Positions 1 through 9,817 of a stretch of 45,264 nucleotides of DNA are shown here, piece after piece. This DNA comes from Candidatus Subterrananammoxibius californiae (GTDB lineage Bacteria; Planctomycetota; Brocadiia; Brocadiales; Subterrananammoxibiaceae). Location: NCBI GenBank assembly GCA_030586555.1, contig JAURAC010000003.1, positions 109,938-155,201 on the forward strand. The letters run 5' to 3'. Position 1 is the first letter of the stretch, and every line of letters starts with the position of its first letter. A program made the translations under genes and the position numbers. The notes below the pieces were generated by a model. That model saw only the letters and a program-made list of their open reading frames with translations, did not search any database and was not told where the DNA came from.

Positions 1-157
1 CGGTGGTACAGCTACAAAGTAAAATAGGCAATAGGCAATAGGGAATAGCCAATAGCCAATATTTCCTCTTCCCTCTTCCTTCTTTCCTATTCCTCATTCA
101 GCATTCCCCATTGAGGCAATTGCCAATGACCGAATCCAAAATCCAAATTAAAGAAAT

Positions 158-1744
158 TTAATAATTGGTAATTGATTGTGATTTGGTGATTGGAATGTAC
201 TGCTCCCCATCACCAAGCCCCTTCTCTAAAATCATTACAAAAGAAATCGCTGTTAACACCAGCAGCAGGATAACCATTCCTGCTAATTGCCCTTTTGGCG
301 CACCGGCGTAAATGTAATACACGTACCAAAAATCTGGAACGTTAATGGTAATCTGTTCATTAATGGCTTTTGTGTCATTAGTATCGGGACGAATCTCTGG
401 TGGTGTATAATATCTTATCTTCTTTGCTATTTCAACGACAAATTTGAATTGTTCTTTGATGGGCAAATACCGAGGCTCAAAATAGATATGGTTTGGGATA
501 TTTCTCGCTGGAATCTGGTTCTTGATAAAGTATTTATTCAGGTTTACTGTCACGGCTGAAAGCTGGACCAAAATGCTAACTGTAAAAAGGAGCATTACAG
601 CTACTTTTATGCATAAGGATTTTCTTATCGAGCCATTCTCGAACAATTCCCCTAATGGAATCATGAGAAAGGGCGTTAATACCGTTAGATAGCGTGGACC
701 CCACGCCCAGTCTCCATGCCATACAGTATATTTGGAATGAAAAAGCACAGAAGCAGTTATAAGCGTTAAAAAGGCTATTGTGAGTCCCTTGTTCTTTTTA
801 TAAAAATTTCTGATTGCGAATATAAATAGTACGGCAATGGGTGAGTAAAGGAAAAAGCCTTTCCCAGGGCTTAACATCAGCCCATATAAACCTATATGCA
901 AAGGTGTGCCAAACGGCTCCACACCCCATTGATTAAATATTTTCGAGTACCCGGATTCAAAAACATCTCCGAATCGGACATAATTGTAATACAGATAAAA
1001 CACGCCAAAGGGAACAAGCGTCATTCCGTAAATTATTGCCTCTTTAAAGAACGACATCAAGGTTTTTTTCCTGCTGAAAGTCCGCCGTCTGTGGGGCGGA
1101 ATACGGCTAAAGAGCAAATATAGTAATATGGGGGGAAGGGTCAACAAAGAAGGTGCTCTTGTAATGAAAGCGATACCGAGGAAAACTGCTGACATGACAA
1201 GTTTAAGATAAGATTTATTTCTCACATGCAGATGGATCAAGAAGATTGAAAGCAATATGAGGATAGTCTCTAACGGATGTTCAAATGGGCCTTTTGATTG
1301 GGGCCAGGCAATTGTTCCAAGTCCATACATTAAGGTAACTACTACCGACGTCCTGTTGGAATAGCCGAGTCTGACGCAAAATAAGAATAACACAACACAG
1401 GTTATTGCACTAATAAGCGGGTTAAAAAGGGAAACCACAAATTCAGGGTTTGGGAGTGCCTTACTTATAACATAAAGCGGAATCATTAAAGCAGATTGAC
1501 CAATGCCGTACCATGAGTAATATTTACCATTGCTACCTATTATGCCGTTATCTCGCCCCAAATCTTCAGGGATTGATACGCTGTTAGAATCAACGATACT
1601 TTTTGTGACGGCGTACCTAACGGTGCCGTCAATAGTGCCGTGAATGCTTCCAGACGAGGTCAGAATGTAAATCCCGAGAAAGAACAAAAAAATAAAGGCG
1701 GGGATATAGACAACGGAATCGAAGACTCGCGCTGTTTCTTGCAT
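158..1744 (-). CDS. Polytopic membrane protein, GT-C/PMT-like (ArnT/GT39-type) glycosyltransferase
   Basis: Many TM segments; acidic residue after TM1 (IDGTVRY); YSWYGIGQS, SPGKGFFLYSP and WGPRYL motifs typical of phospholipid-carrier-dependent GTs. ORF track starts at 1864, but that extension overlaps the upstream gene and a REP hairpin, so ATG 1744 is preferred. Confidence 0.65.
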   Translation of the reverse strand: MQETARVFDSVVYIPAFIFLFFLGIYILTSSGSIHGTIDGTVRYAVTKSIVDSNSVSIPEDLGRDNGIIGSNGKYYSWYGIGQSALMIPLYVISKALPNPEFVVSLFNPLISAITCVVLFLFCVRLGYSNRTSVVVTLMYGLGTIAWPQSKGPFEHPLETILILLSIFLIHLHVRNKSYLKLVMSAVFLGIAFITRAPSLLTLPPILLYLLFSRIPPHRRRTFSRKKTLMSFFKEAIIYGMTLVPFGVFYLYYNYVRFGDVFESGYSKIFNQWGVEPFGTPLHIGLYGLMLSPGKGFFLYSPIAVLFIFAIRNFYKKNKGLTIAFLTLITASVLFHSKYTVWHGDWAWGPRYLTVLTPFLMIPLGELFENGSIRKSLCIKVAVMLLFTVSILVQLSAVTVNLNKYFIKNQIPARNIPNHIYFEPRYLPIKEQFKFVVEIAKKIRYYTPPEIRPDTNDTKAINEQITINVPDFWYVYYIYAGAPKGQLAGMVILLLVLTAISFVMILEKGLGDGEQYIPITKSQSITNY

Positions 1745-1805
1745 GGACTTTATGTCCGTTGAAATCAAGCCGTTCGCCTCAGGCGGACTGGATAAACATC
1801 GTTGT

Positions 1806-3377
1806 CTACCCTTCAAAAATGAAAGAGATGTCATTATAGATTTTTGGCGCATTATTAACATCAATCCTTATGACCCCAAGGTTATCTGATAGCGATATTA
1901 GTTTTATTTCTTTAGGGAACAGGGTATTTTCAATCTTGGTTATCTGTTCTTTAAGGAGAACAGGATGGGTAATTATAAGACAATATTTTGCACCCTTTGG
2001 TATATTAATACTGGGGGAAAAATATGTTTGGTGGTTTGCCCCCCAGAATATGCCCCTATCAGGATACAGCCCTATTGGGCAGGTTTGGAAGACCTTATAA
2101 TCAGGCAAATAATACATGGCATGACGAAAGCCTAAGTAATGTAAATTGCCACTCAATACTACGGTCTCCTCAGGAGAAAAGTTGGCACGTATGTAAGAAG
2201 TTACTACCTGCACGTTTTTCTCAAGAGTTCGTATCGTCGGCACAGAAACATAAGTTGGAAATTTTAAGAAGAGTAGCAAGTTTGTAATGATAATTAACGT
2301 AGTAAATATCCAGCGTAGAGACGCAATGTCGTGCCTGAGGCAGATTCGCCGTGGCGAACGTTGCGTCTCTACCTTTTTTTCAAAAAAGGTAAGTGAATTT
2401 GCAAGCAAGATGATTAACCCTGGTATAAAGATTAAACTGTAGCCAATATTCGCCGGATGAAGAAAGATAAACATATAAAACAGAACGGAGGGAATTAGCC
2501 ACAGAGCAAAAAAGATAGATTTCGTGTCTAACAGGTTGACTATAGCGCCTTTTCTAATTACTGAGTATAAATGTATCCCTAAGAATATAACGCCAATACC
2601 GAGCCCATAAAAGGTAAATTTAATAAGATATGGTAAATGAAATGCAACAGACTGGAAGCCCATCTTGAAGATAGACCTTGTGCCGGAGGCTCGACCCCAC
2701 AACTCATTCGCCGCAGTATGGTAATTAGCAAGTCCACCAGAGAGTATTATCATGGGAATAAACCACATCGCAACAATAGCTATTAACAACAGGATGCTAA
2801 CAAGGATTTTCCTGACAGGAACATTTCTTATGGAAAACAGCCATAACGGGAACAAAAAGACCATTGTGTTTTGTCTAACGCCGCCTGCCAGTGCAAGGAC
2901 GATTGCAGAAGCATATATGTATTTGTGTTGACCATTCAAAATCTTCCAGCATAATAACGCAGTAAGAACACTGAAAAAAGCCTCTGGCATATAGCTCAGG
3001 CTCACCTCCCCATGAAACCATATAGATGGGCTGGTTATGGCAAGAATGGCAGACAGGATGCCAGTCTCTTTCGTAAAAAATAAAACACCTAAATAATAAA
3101 TAACGACAACTGTTAAGGCGCTAAAGAGGATGCTGATTATAATGAAGCTAACATTCGCATCGTGGGTAATTATATTGAGGAGCTTCCCAAGCATAACGTA
3201 AATGATATAGCCGGGGGGATGGGGTTGGTGGACGGCAACGTTGTATTCACTTGTACCGAGAGCAAATTGGACAGAATCTAAATCGTAGAGCATCTTGCTT
3301 GTAAAAGGCAGCCTGCTTACGATTGTTATAAAGAACAATATCAGTGGAATAGACCATTTATGTTTTAAGTATTCCAT
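1806..3377 (-). CDS. Membrane glycosyltransferase-like protein (DUF2723/GT39-like)
   Basis: DSVQFALG...HQPHPPGY motif after TM1, about 10 TM helices, soluble C-terminal domain. Confidence 0.65.
   Translation of the reverse strand: MEYLKHKWSIPLILFFITIVSRLPFTSKMLYDLDSVQFALGTSEYNVAVHQPHPPGYIIYVMLGKLLNIITHDANVSFIIISILFSALTVVVIYYLGVLFFTKETGILSAILAITSPSIWFHGEVSLSYMPEAFFSVLTALLCWKILNGQHKYIYASAIVLALAGGVRQNTMVFLFPLWLFSIRNVPVRKILVSILLLIAIVAMWFIPMIILSGGLANYHTAANELWGRASGTRSIFKMGFQSVAFHLPYLIKFTFYGLGIGVIFLGIHLYSVIRKGAIVNLLDTKSIFFALWLIPSVLFYMFIFLHPANIGYSLIFIPGLIILLANSLTFFEKKVETQRSPRRICLRHDIASLRWIFTTLIIITNLLLFLKFPTYVSVPTIRTLEKNVQVVTSYIRANFSPEETVVLSGNLHYLGFRHAMYYLPDYKVFQTCPIGLYPDRGIFWGANHQTYFSPSINIPKGAKYCLIITHPVLLKEQITKIENTLFPKEIKLISLSDNLGVIRIDVNNAPKIYNDISFIFEG
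2315..2372. repeat. GTAG-type REP with nested hairpins, in frame in a CDS
   Basis: GTAGAGACGCAA...TTGCGTCTCTAC enclosing TGCCTGAGGCA and TTCGCCGTGGCGAA. Confidence 0.75.
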
Positions 3378-3380
3378 TCG

Positions 3381-5012
3381 TTAACTGGAATTTCGTATAA
3401 AAATGGTAGCAGTATCATCTTTATAAATATGCTTCCACCTATTATCTGCACGTAAAACAGCTGCAATAGGTGAAGATGTTGGGATAGTCGCCCAGTTAAT
3501 ATCATTTTTTTCTAATACACTCGCCCAATTAGTTCCTGCCCGTATGACTTCGAGGTAATCCTTAACGAACGGCTCGCCGTACATATCAGCCCTGCCGTCA
3601 ATAAACACCTTTTGTCCAGGGTATAGCCTGTAAATTAAATACCCTCCCCATGCAAATTCATTAAACATCCTTCCAGGGATTTGGTTTGCCTCAATAAAGT
3701 TCACCGCATCAACAGGAAATCTCTTACTATCAAACTGCGCATTCAGGATAACCTTATCCCCTATGCGTCCCCCGTTAAGGCATAACAAGACCATGAAGGC
3801 TACAGGTATCACAAAATATACAGGGCTATTAGTTCCGGGTTCGAGATTGTGCAACCTTTTTGATATTAAAAAGAATCCTCCCACAATCCTCTTTACCCAT
3901 GCCTTTATATCCATGCGCCCTTGCAACTGGTTTAAGATGTCATTAAGATATTCACCAATAATGGGGGTTATAATAATTAAGAAAAGAGGAATATTCCGAC
4001 TTGAAAAAAGGGACATGTGAATCCAGAATATAACAAGCCCTATCTGTATAAAATTAAACCTCCTGAGGGAGAAAGTTAGAACAACAATTAACAGAATCAC
4101 ACAGAGTTCATATAATTTCACGGTATTATCATGAAAGTTTGGCGACATAAATTCATTAGTATTATCAACTATCAGACTTTTACTGACATAAGTATCAAAA
4201 ATATGTGGAATAAGTTTTAGACCATAGGGATTAATAAAGGATGCGAAGAGGCTGATTAGCCCGATGAAAGCAAGAAACAACGAAATCCTTAAACAATCTC
4301 CTGAACGGGTTTTATCAGACGAAGTCAGAAATGTTAAAAAGTTTCCCAAAAAATAAATGCTGGTCAGGATTAAACCAATCATAAACCCCCCGTGTAGATT
4401 CGCCCAGACCAGCATTACCAAGGGCAGAAAATAAATATACCTTTTCCTGCGAAGCTGATATTCATCTAACATCCAATAAGCAATCAGTGTAAAGAGCCAG
4501 CTAAAGATATGAGGCCTTGCAAGCCAGTGTAGAAAAGATGCCCCAAGAGCTACCAGCACCAGCGAAAGGGCTATAAGTATATTTACCCGTTTCGAGAGGA
4601 GAATTTTAAATAAAAAGCAAAATGTTACCGCGACAATAAGGTTACAAAAAACCACCACCCCATTCATGCCAAACATTCCATGAATCCACGCAAGAATCAC
4701 ATCTGAAAGCCACTCCCATGCAAACCACTCTTTCCCTGCCATAGTAAATGAGAACGGGTCTTCTACAGGCAGGGTACGGTGATTTAATATATACTCACCC
4801 GTCTTAATGTGACAGCCAGGGTCACCATCCCCCAGCATCCTCTGCGAGCCTACGATAGTGAGTGTAACAAGGAGCATAATAAATATCACGTCCGTTACAG
4901 TCGGCAGTGTTAGCCATATAAGTCTACGAGTTGCGAGTCTTGAGTCTTGAGTCCTGACTCCTGACTCGTGACCCACGACTTGCGACTCTTTTGTAGATAC
5001 ACTCAAGTCCAT
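3381..5012 (-). CDS. Polytopic GT-C-like membrane protein (DGDxGxH...WEWL family)
   Basis: DGDPGCHIKTG, DPFSFT...WEWLSD, WANLHGGF, INPYG and VFIDGRADMYG motifs. Start at ATG 5012 or TTG 5027. Confidence 0.6.
   Translation of the reverse strand: MDLSVSTKESQVVGHESGVRTQDSRLATRRLIWLTLPTVTDVIFIMLLVTLTIVGSQRMLGDGDPGCHIKTGEYILNHRTLPVEDPFSFTMAGKEWFAWEWLSDVILAWIHGMFGMNGVVVFCNLIVAVTFCFLFKILLSKRVNILIALSLVLVALGASFLHWLARPHIFSWLFTLIAYWMLDEYQLRRKRYIYFLPLVMLVWANLHGGFMIGLILTSIYFLGNFLTFLTSSDKTRSGDCLRISLFLAFIGLISLFASFINPYGLKLIPHIFDTYVSKSLIVDNTNEFMSPNFHDNTVKLYELCVILLIVVLTFSLRRFNFIQIGLVIFWIHMSLFSSRNIPLFLIIITPIIGEYLNDILNQLQGRMDIKAWVKRIVGGFFLISKRLHNLEPGTNSPVYFVIPVAFMVLLCLNGGRIGDKVILNAQFDSKRFPVDAVNFIEANQIPGRMFNEFAWGGYLIYRLYPGQKVFIDGRADMYGEPFVKDYLEVIRAGTNWASVLEKNDINWATIPTSSPIAAVLRADNRWKHIYKDDTATIFIRNSS
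4920..4990. repeat. Inverted GAGTC/GACTC heptamer array, in frame in a CDS
   Basis: GAGTCTT GAGTCTT GAGTCCT / GACTCCT GACTCGT GACCCAC GACTTGC GACTC. Confidence 0.85.
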
Positions 5013-5019
5013 GATTGAT

Positions 5020-6045
5020 TTACCCAAGTCCTTTTCTTAAATAAGCAAACTCATTTATTAAAGCATAATCCTGTCTTACCGCCTCTATGGGTTCCCCAAT
5101 TTGCGCAATGCGGTCACTCTCAAGGTTGCCGAGGTAACGATTAGCCAGTTTCAAGTACTCAATACGAGACGGCTCAAGCCCCATTATCCTTGTACAGGTA
5201 GCGTCAACTGCTACGAGGTCGCTTCCCATCACAAGAACGCCGGTTTTCTTCGCAATGCCATGCAGCGGTCCATTTCCTTCCATCCCGACAATCCCATCTA
5301 CGATAGCAAAACCTGGCGATACTGTACTGTTAATATCAATTATGCTGGAATTGATGTTATGCCAGTGAAGGATATTTTTGGGCCAGCCATACTTTACCCC
5401 TGGTACCGTCCCGAACATATTCTTCATTGAAAGCGTCACACCCACCCAGTGGTGAGTCTTCATCTTCGGAATAGAAACCACTAAATCTGCATCCGTAATG
5501 GTTCCAGGGAAATACATTGCCTTAAGCCCCATAAACGAGCTCCTCATGGGGATTTTTTTAATATCGTCAACGTTTAAATCAACAAAATTTATATCGTATT
5601 TTCTAAGTGTGTTCCGTAAGTTAGAATGTTTTAACAGCAGTTCTGTGTCACGGCGGTGTCCAGGACCCTCGGCTACGGTAATCTCCCTTGCCCCCAGTTT
5701 GGCAAATGCCTCTATAGCGCCCCCAACTACTGCAGGATGCGTGTTAATGGAATAATCTGCTTCATATTCAACCATATTCGGCTTCAGCACAACCCGCTTA
5801 TTCTTAACCATATTACCGAATCCTGTTTTTTCTATGCCATACTTAATCAACAAACCAAGGTCTTCTTCATAAGAAGCCGCCTTAACAATTGCCACCTTTG
5901 ACATATCTGAAACCTTGCTTTCAAAGTCAGGACCCCAGCAATGTAATAGTCGCTTGTTAAGGATAAACCTTGTTCCATAGTGCCCGAACAAAGCGCCAAC
6001 GCCAAGGGCAGAAGATAATTTTAGAAATGTCCGTCGTGATAACAT
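5020..6045 (-). CDS. DUF362 domain protein with twin-arginine signal
   Basis: N-terminal SRRTFLK plus hydrophobic stretch; LKPN, THP, PKMKTH, TLSMKN and DGIVGMEGNGP motifs of DUF362. Confidence 0.85.
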   Translation of the reverse strand: MLSRRTFLKLSSALGVGALFGHYGTRFILNKRLLHCWGPDFESKVSDMSKVAIVKAASYEEDLGLLIKYGIEKTGFGNMVKNKRVVLKPNMVEYEADYSINTHPAVVGGAIEAFAKLGAREITVAEGPGHRRDTELLLKHSNLRNTLRKYDINFVDLNVDDIKKIPMRSSFMGLKAMYFPGTITDADLVVSIPKMKTHHWVGVTLSMKNMFGTVPGVKYGWPKNILHWHNINSSIIDINSTVSPGFAIVDGIVGMEGNGPLHGIAKKTGVLVMGSDLVAVDATCTRIMGLEPSRIEYLKLANRYLGNLESDRIAQIGEPIEAVRQDYALINEFAYLRKGLG

Positions 6046-6046
6046 T

Positions 6047-7024
6047 TTAAGGTTTCGTGAAAACCAAGTTATACGGACCTGGTTTTCGCTCTTTAATTTT
6101 GAATGGATTGCTTCCTTCTTTGGTTTTCAAGGCTAATAAAGATAACGCCGTTAAATAGGCATTGTCCTCCCAGCTTCCATTGTCCTTTTGTAATGAGTAC
6201 AGAGAAGTACATAAAGAGGCGGTTTCCTCTCCATAAATATCAAGACAGATGATTGACCATGCAATGGATAATACAGACATTTCAAGGTTAACAAATGCCT
6301 TTATATAATTCAAACTCTGTTGTATAGCTTTATGAGCCTCCTTATTTCCCTCACACCCTTGCAATGCAACCAGGGTCAGGGCAGTAGTGGAAAGATAAGG
6401 CTTTAAATTGACGCCTAATACACAATTATTACCATAATTCCACCCTCCCTCCTCGCACATGGTATCAAAGAGCAGTCCCTCCGCATCTTGTATCCTTCGA
6501 CTAATTTCACTAAAATCCCGCTTTATTAAAGGGGGACTTTCGTTGTGCTGGCTCATGGCAATTTTAAGGGCAATAAGGGCATAAGCGGTCGGTTCCACCC
6601 AGCTTGAATTGCCTTCGAGCCAAGGCCAGCCCCTTGCCTTAGTATTTAATCTTAACCCTTTCTTTCCGCTCAACAGATGTCCATGCGTTTTTAACAACCA
6701 TGAGGCCCCCAAATCCCTTGTCGTTTTGTGCCACGGACAAACTTGTTTGTCCGTGCCACCCAGCATAGTTAATACTATAACGGCAAGGCTCGTAACCCAC
6801 GAAGCCTCATCATCATTTGATGAAACCTTCCACCCCCCATCCTTCAGTTGTTGATTAGTCAACCATGCTAACCCTTTCTGTATATTTATCTTGTATAACT
6901 CACTATCGCCCAGCGCTAAAATAGCAAAACACGTGGGTTCAGAAAAGCTCATCTTACCGGCGTAATATCCCCAACCGCCGTCAGCATTTTGTACATTCTG
7001 AAGATAATGAAATCCTTTTCCCAT
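6047..7024 (-). CDS. Prenyltransferase/squalene-oxidase repeat (alpha-alpha barrel) protein
   Basis: QW-like repeats QNADGGWGY, QLKDGGW, EEGGWNYGN, QKDNGSW; SWVEPT motif. Start at ATG 7024 after GGAG. Confidence 0.75.
   Translation of the reverse strand: MGKGFHYLQNVQNADGGWGYYAGKMSFSEPTCFAILALGDSELYKINIQKGLAWLTNQQLKDGGWKVSSNDDEASWVTSLAVIVLTMLGGTDKQVCPWHKTTRDLGASWLLKTHGHLLSGKKGLRLNTKARGWPWLEGNSSWVEPTAYALIALKIAMSQHNESPPLIKRDFSEISRRIQDAEGLLFDTMCEEGGWNYGNNCVLGVNLKPYLSTTALTLVALQGCEGNKEAHKAIQQSLNYIKAFVNLEMSVLSIAWSIICLDIYGEETASLCTSLYSLQKDNGSWEDNAYLTALSLLALKTKEGSNPFKIKERKPGPYNLVFTKP
6728..6761. repeat. CACGGACAAAC-N3/4-GTTTGTCCGTG-CCACCC REP-like family; other copies at 12386-12416, 18003-18034, 21672-21704
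   Basis: Four recognisable copies, two of them inside reading frames. Confidence 0.8.
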
Positions 7025-7096
7025 TAGTTTCTCCGCCTCAGGCGGAACACTACAAGTCATGCCAAAGGCAGATTTGCCATGGCAAACTTATTAACC

Positions 7097-8827
7097 TTAT
7101 TTTGGCCCCATATTCTTAATAATCTGAAGTACGGCTGGCGCCATTACAATAACAAACAATGCTGGAAGGATAAAGAGTAGCAGAGGAAAGACCATTTTCA
7201 CAGTTGTCTTGGCAGCGGACTCCTCAGCCTTCAGTTTTCTTTTTGTTCTGGAGGCATCTGAATGAACTCTCAATGATTGTGCAATACTGGTGCCAAACCT
7301 GTCTGCCTGAATTAGCATAGCTACCAGGGACTGAACGTCTTCAACGTCCGTCCTCTGCCCAAGGTTGTGTAATGCCTCAGGACGTGGCTTTCCAGCCCTA
7401 ACCTCAAGGTTAAGCAATTGAAACTCTTCACTCAATTGCCTGTTTGCAAGGTGGATTTCGTCGGCAACCCTTACTATTGCCGCATCCAGGCCAAGACCAG
7501 CGTCTACACAGACGGCAAGCAGATCTAATGCATCAGGAAAACCAGAAAGGATAGCAGTCTTCCTTTTCTTTGTCTTCAATCTTAACAATAGAATAGGAAG
7601 ATACATGCCGAGCCCGGCAATAGCAGGGCTGAAAAACACGAGGTGAACGGGCTTCATTTTCATGGCAAGTCCTACCGCGACAAAACCACCCATGAAGATT
7701 AAGGCAAGCAGTACCTTAATACCAGAGTAAATGCTTACAGCGTCTCTGTGCCTGTAACCGGCGCGAGCTAACTCCATTTTCATTTTCGAACGGGCTTCTT
7801 CACTCCTCGGAACTATTAGTTGACCAAGGGCGTATAAGCGTTCCCTCAAGAAATTCGCCTCTCTTCTTTTTACCTGCGAAAGGGACTTCTTTAGACTGTG
7901 CGGGCTTGCGGCAAACCGCAAACTCTCGAGTCTATCTTTTGTCGGATTCGCTCTGCCAGGTAAAAGGTTCAATGCGGCATATGCAACCAATCCCACAGTA
8001 ACAAACATCAGCACATTAATCATAAACAAGTGGAATCTTGCAGTGTCTTTAGCTTCTTCATGTCTGAACAATCTTTTTCTTGCCCAGCTAACAACATCTT
8101 TTGAAAGGAAAAGCTGCTTACCATCAAAGGTTATCTTCGCCTCCTTAAGGTCAGCGTTCATCTTTAAGGTTTTAATCGTGTCAGGAACATTCCCAAGATT
8201 TACCTCTGGCGTGAAATTATCGTTTGAGTCGTTTACCCCCATAGCTTCATCAATCTTAGAAAGTGCATCTGGAACGTTAATAGTTTCGGGAATGTTAGTT
8301 TGCACATCCACATTTGTATTATTTTCTCTGTAAACTGTACTTAAGCTTGAAATAGAACACCCAACGTCTATCTGTTCCTGTGATGAGCTTTCGATATTTT
8401 CTTGTGCTTTAGCCTTACAAAAAACTGCATTTAACGGCTTCACGTGAGTGTCCGCCGTTTTATTTTCTTTACCCAAAAGGGTTGTAAGTTTGACATATAT
8501 TTCTGTGTAACAAGTGTCAATTTCACTTGCCATCAAAAATTCATATATAGTTTTGTCAAACATCCCACCTTCGTAATAAATCCTCCCGAGACGTGCATGT
8601 GATTCGGCATCGGGGAGATTTGTCACAAGCGCATCATTAAGCTCAAAGGGTTGATTTTCTTCGTTTAGCGTGACGGCTATAGATTCTTGTCCGCCAAAAC
8701 TATAGGCGGACTCGCCAATCTTTGTGGTGAGCTGGTGTGGGGGTTCAGCCCTTGCCAGAGCAAACTGCACCCCTATAAGAAGGCTAAAAATTGTAGCCGC
8801 AACCTGAAAATGTAAGAGTTTGTACAT
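7097..8827 (-). CDS. tadC: Tad inner-membrane platform protein TadC with long N-terminal signal peptide/TPR-like extension
   Basis: C-terminal T2SSF domain (FPDALDLLAVCVDAGLGLD, QADRFGTSI, KMVFPL); N-terminal ~265 aa carry a signal peptide and TPR-like helices. Confidence 0.85.
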   Translation of the reverse strand: MYKLLHFQVAATIFSLLIGVQFALARAEPPHQLTTKIGESAYSFGGQESIAVTLNEENQPFELNDALVTNLPDAESHARLGRIYYEGGMFDKTIYEFLMASEIDTCYTEIYVKLTTLLGKENKTADTHVKPLNAVFCKAKAQENIESSSQEQIDVGCSISSLSTVYRENNTNVDVQTNIPETINVPDALSKIDEAMGVNDSNDNFTPEVNLGNVPDTIKTLKMNADLKEAKITFDGKQLFLSKDVVSWARKRLFRHEEAKDTARFHLFMINVLMFVTVGLVAYAALNLLPGRANPTKDRLESLRFAASPHSLKKSLSQVKRREANFLRERLYALGQLIVPRSEEARSKMKMELARAGYRHRDAVSIYSGIKVLLALIFMGGFVAVGLAMKMKPVHLVFFSPAIAGLGMYLPILLLRLKTKKRKTAILSGFPDALDLLAVCVDAGLGLDAAIVRVADEIHLANRQLSEEFQLLNLEVRAGKPRPEALHNLGQRTDVEDVQSLVAMLIQADRFGTSIAQSLRVHSDASRTKRKLKAEESAAKTTVKMVFPLLLFILPALFVIVMAPAVLQIIKNMGPK

Positions 8828-8839
8828 TCTTCTAACCTA

Positions 8840-9817
8840 TCAATATTTAATATTTACAATCTTTTTTATTGTAAGAAAGCCCAATATCTGAAGCATTAGG
8901 GCGGCTCCAACAAGGTAGTTCCCTGCAGTCTCATAATAAAGCGTCTTTATGTAGTTAGGATTCATCATATATATTACCACGCCAATAGCAATCGGTAAGA
9001 ATCCAAGAACAATGCCAGACAATCTGCCCTCGGCAGTAAGGGCTTTAATTTGACTTTTGAGCTTAAATCGTTCACGGACTATATAACTGATTTTGTCTAA
9101 TACCTCTGCTAAGTTGCCACCCGTTGCCCGTTGAATGAGTACGGCTGTAACAAAATATTTTAAGTCAAGGCTGTCTATGCGTTCAGCAAGTTTATTTAAT
9201 GCCTCTTCTAATGTTATTCCGAGGTTTTGTTCCTCAAACGTCCTTTCAAATTCTGGCCCTATCGGGCTTGGCAACTCATCACCCACAAGCTTGAATGATG
9301 TGGGAAGCGCATGACCTGCACGCAAAGCCCTTGCCATGAGTTCCAGGGCGTCTGGAAATTGCCGGGCAAATAAATTCATCCTTCGCTTTCGCAAAAAACG
9401 CACATAAAAATATGGTAAAAAGAATGTAAAAAAGCCTGAAGGAATCGTAATAATGACGCTCTTACTCAAAAAATATCCTGTAAGGATTCCAATAGCGCCC
9501 AGAACTACGCTCAACAAAACAAATTGACCAACGGCAAGGAACGAGTTGGCTTGAACCAGAAAGCGGTCGAGCCTATGCGCCCATTCCTTCTTTTCAAGGT
9601 GACGGTGCAGGACGGGGATGTCGCTGAACGAACCCTCACGCAATATACTAACTGTTCCTTTGCCTGCATTGGCATCTACTAATTCGTCACGATAGATGCC
9701 CTTCAGTCGCTTTTTTACCTTTACCCTCGGTAAAGCAATATCTGTATCTATTAATAGAAAATAGATGCCAATGACTGTAAAAAAGACGGCAAAGAAAATT
9801 AAAAATGGATATATCAT
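8840..9817 (-). CDS. tadB: Tad platform protein TadB
   Basis: [38 protein letters not shown]. Confidence 0.92.
   Translation of the reverse strand: MIYPFLIFFAVFFTVIGIYFLLIDTDIALPRVKVKKRLKGIYRDELVDANAGKGTVSILREGSFSDIPVLHRHLEKKEWAHRLDRFLVQANSFLAVGQFVLLSVVLGAIGILTGYFLSKSVIITIPSGFFTFFLPYFYVRFLRKRRMNLFARQFPDALELMARALRAGHALPTSFKLVGDELPSPIGPEFERTFEEQNLGITLEEALNKLAERIDSLDLKYFVTAVLIQRATGGNLAEVLDKISYIVRERFKLKSQIKALTAEGRLSGIVLGFLPIAIGVVIYMMNPNYIKTLYYETAGNYLVGAALMLQILGFLTIKKIVNIKY

Noticed and set aside
6047..7024. Squalene-hopene cyclase call
   Set aside because: Only about 325 aa with a single barrel and no DXDD motif.
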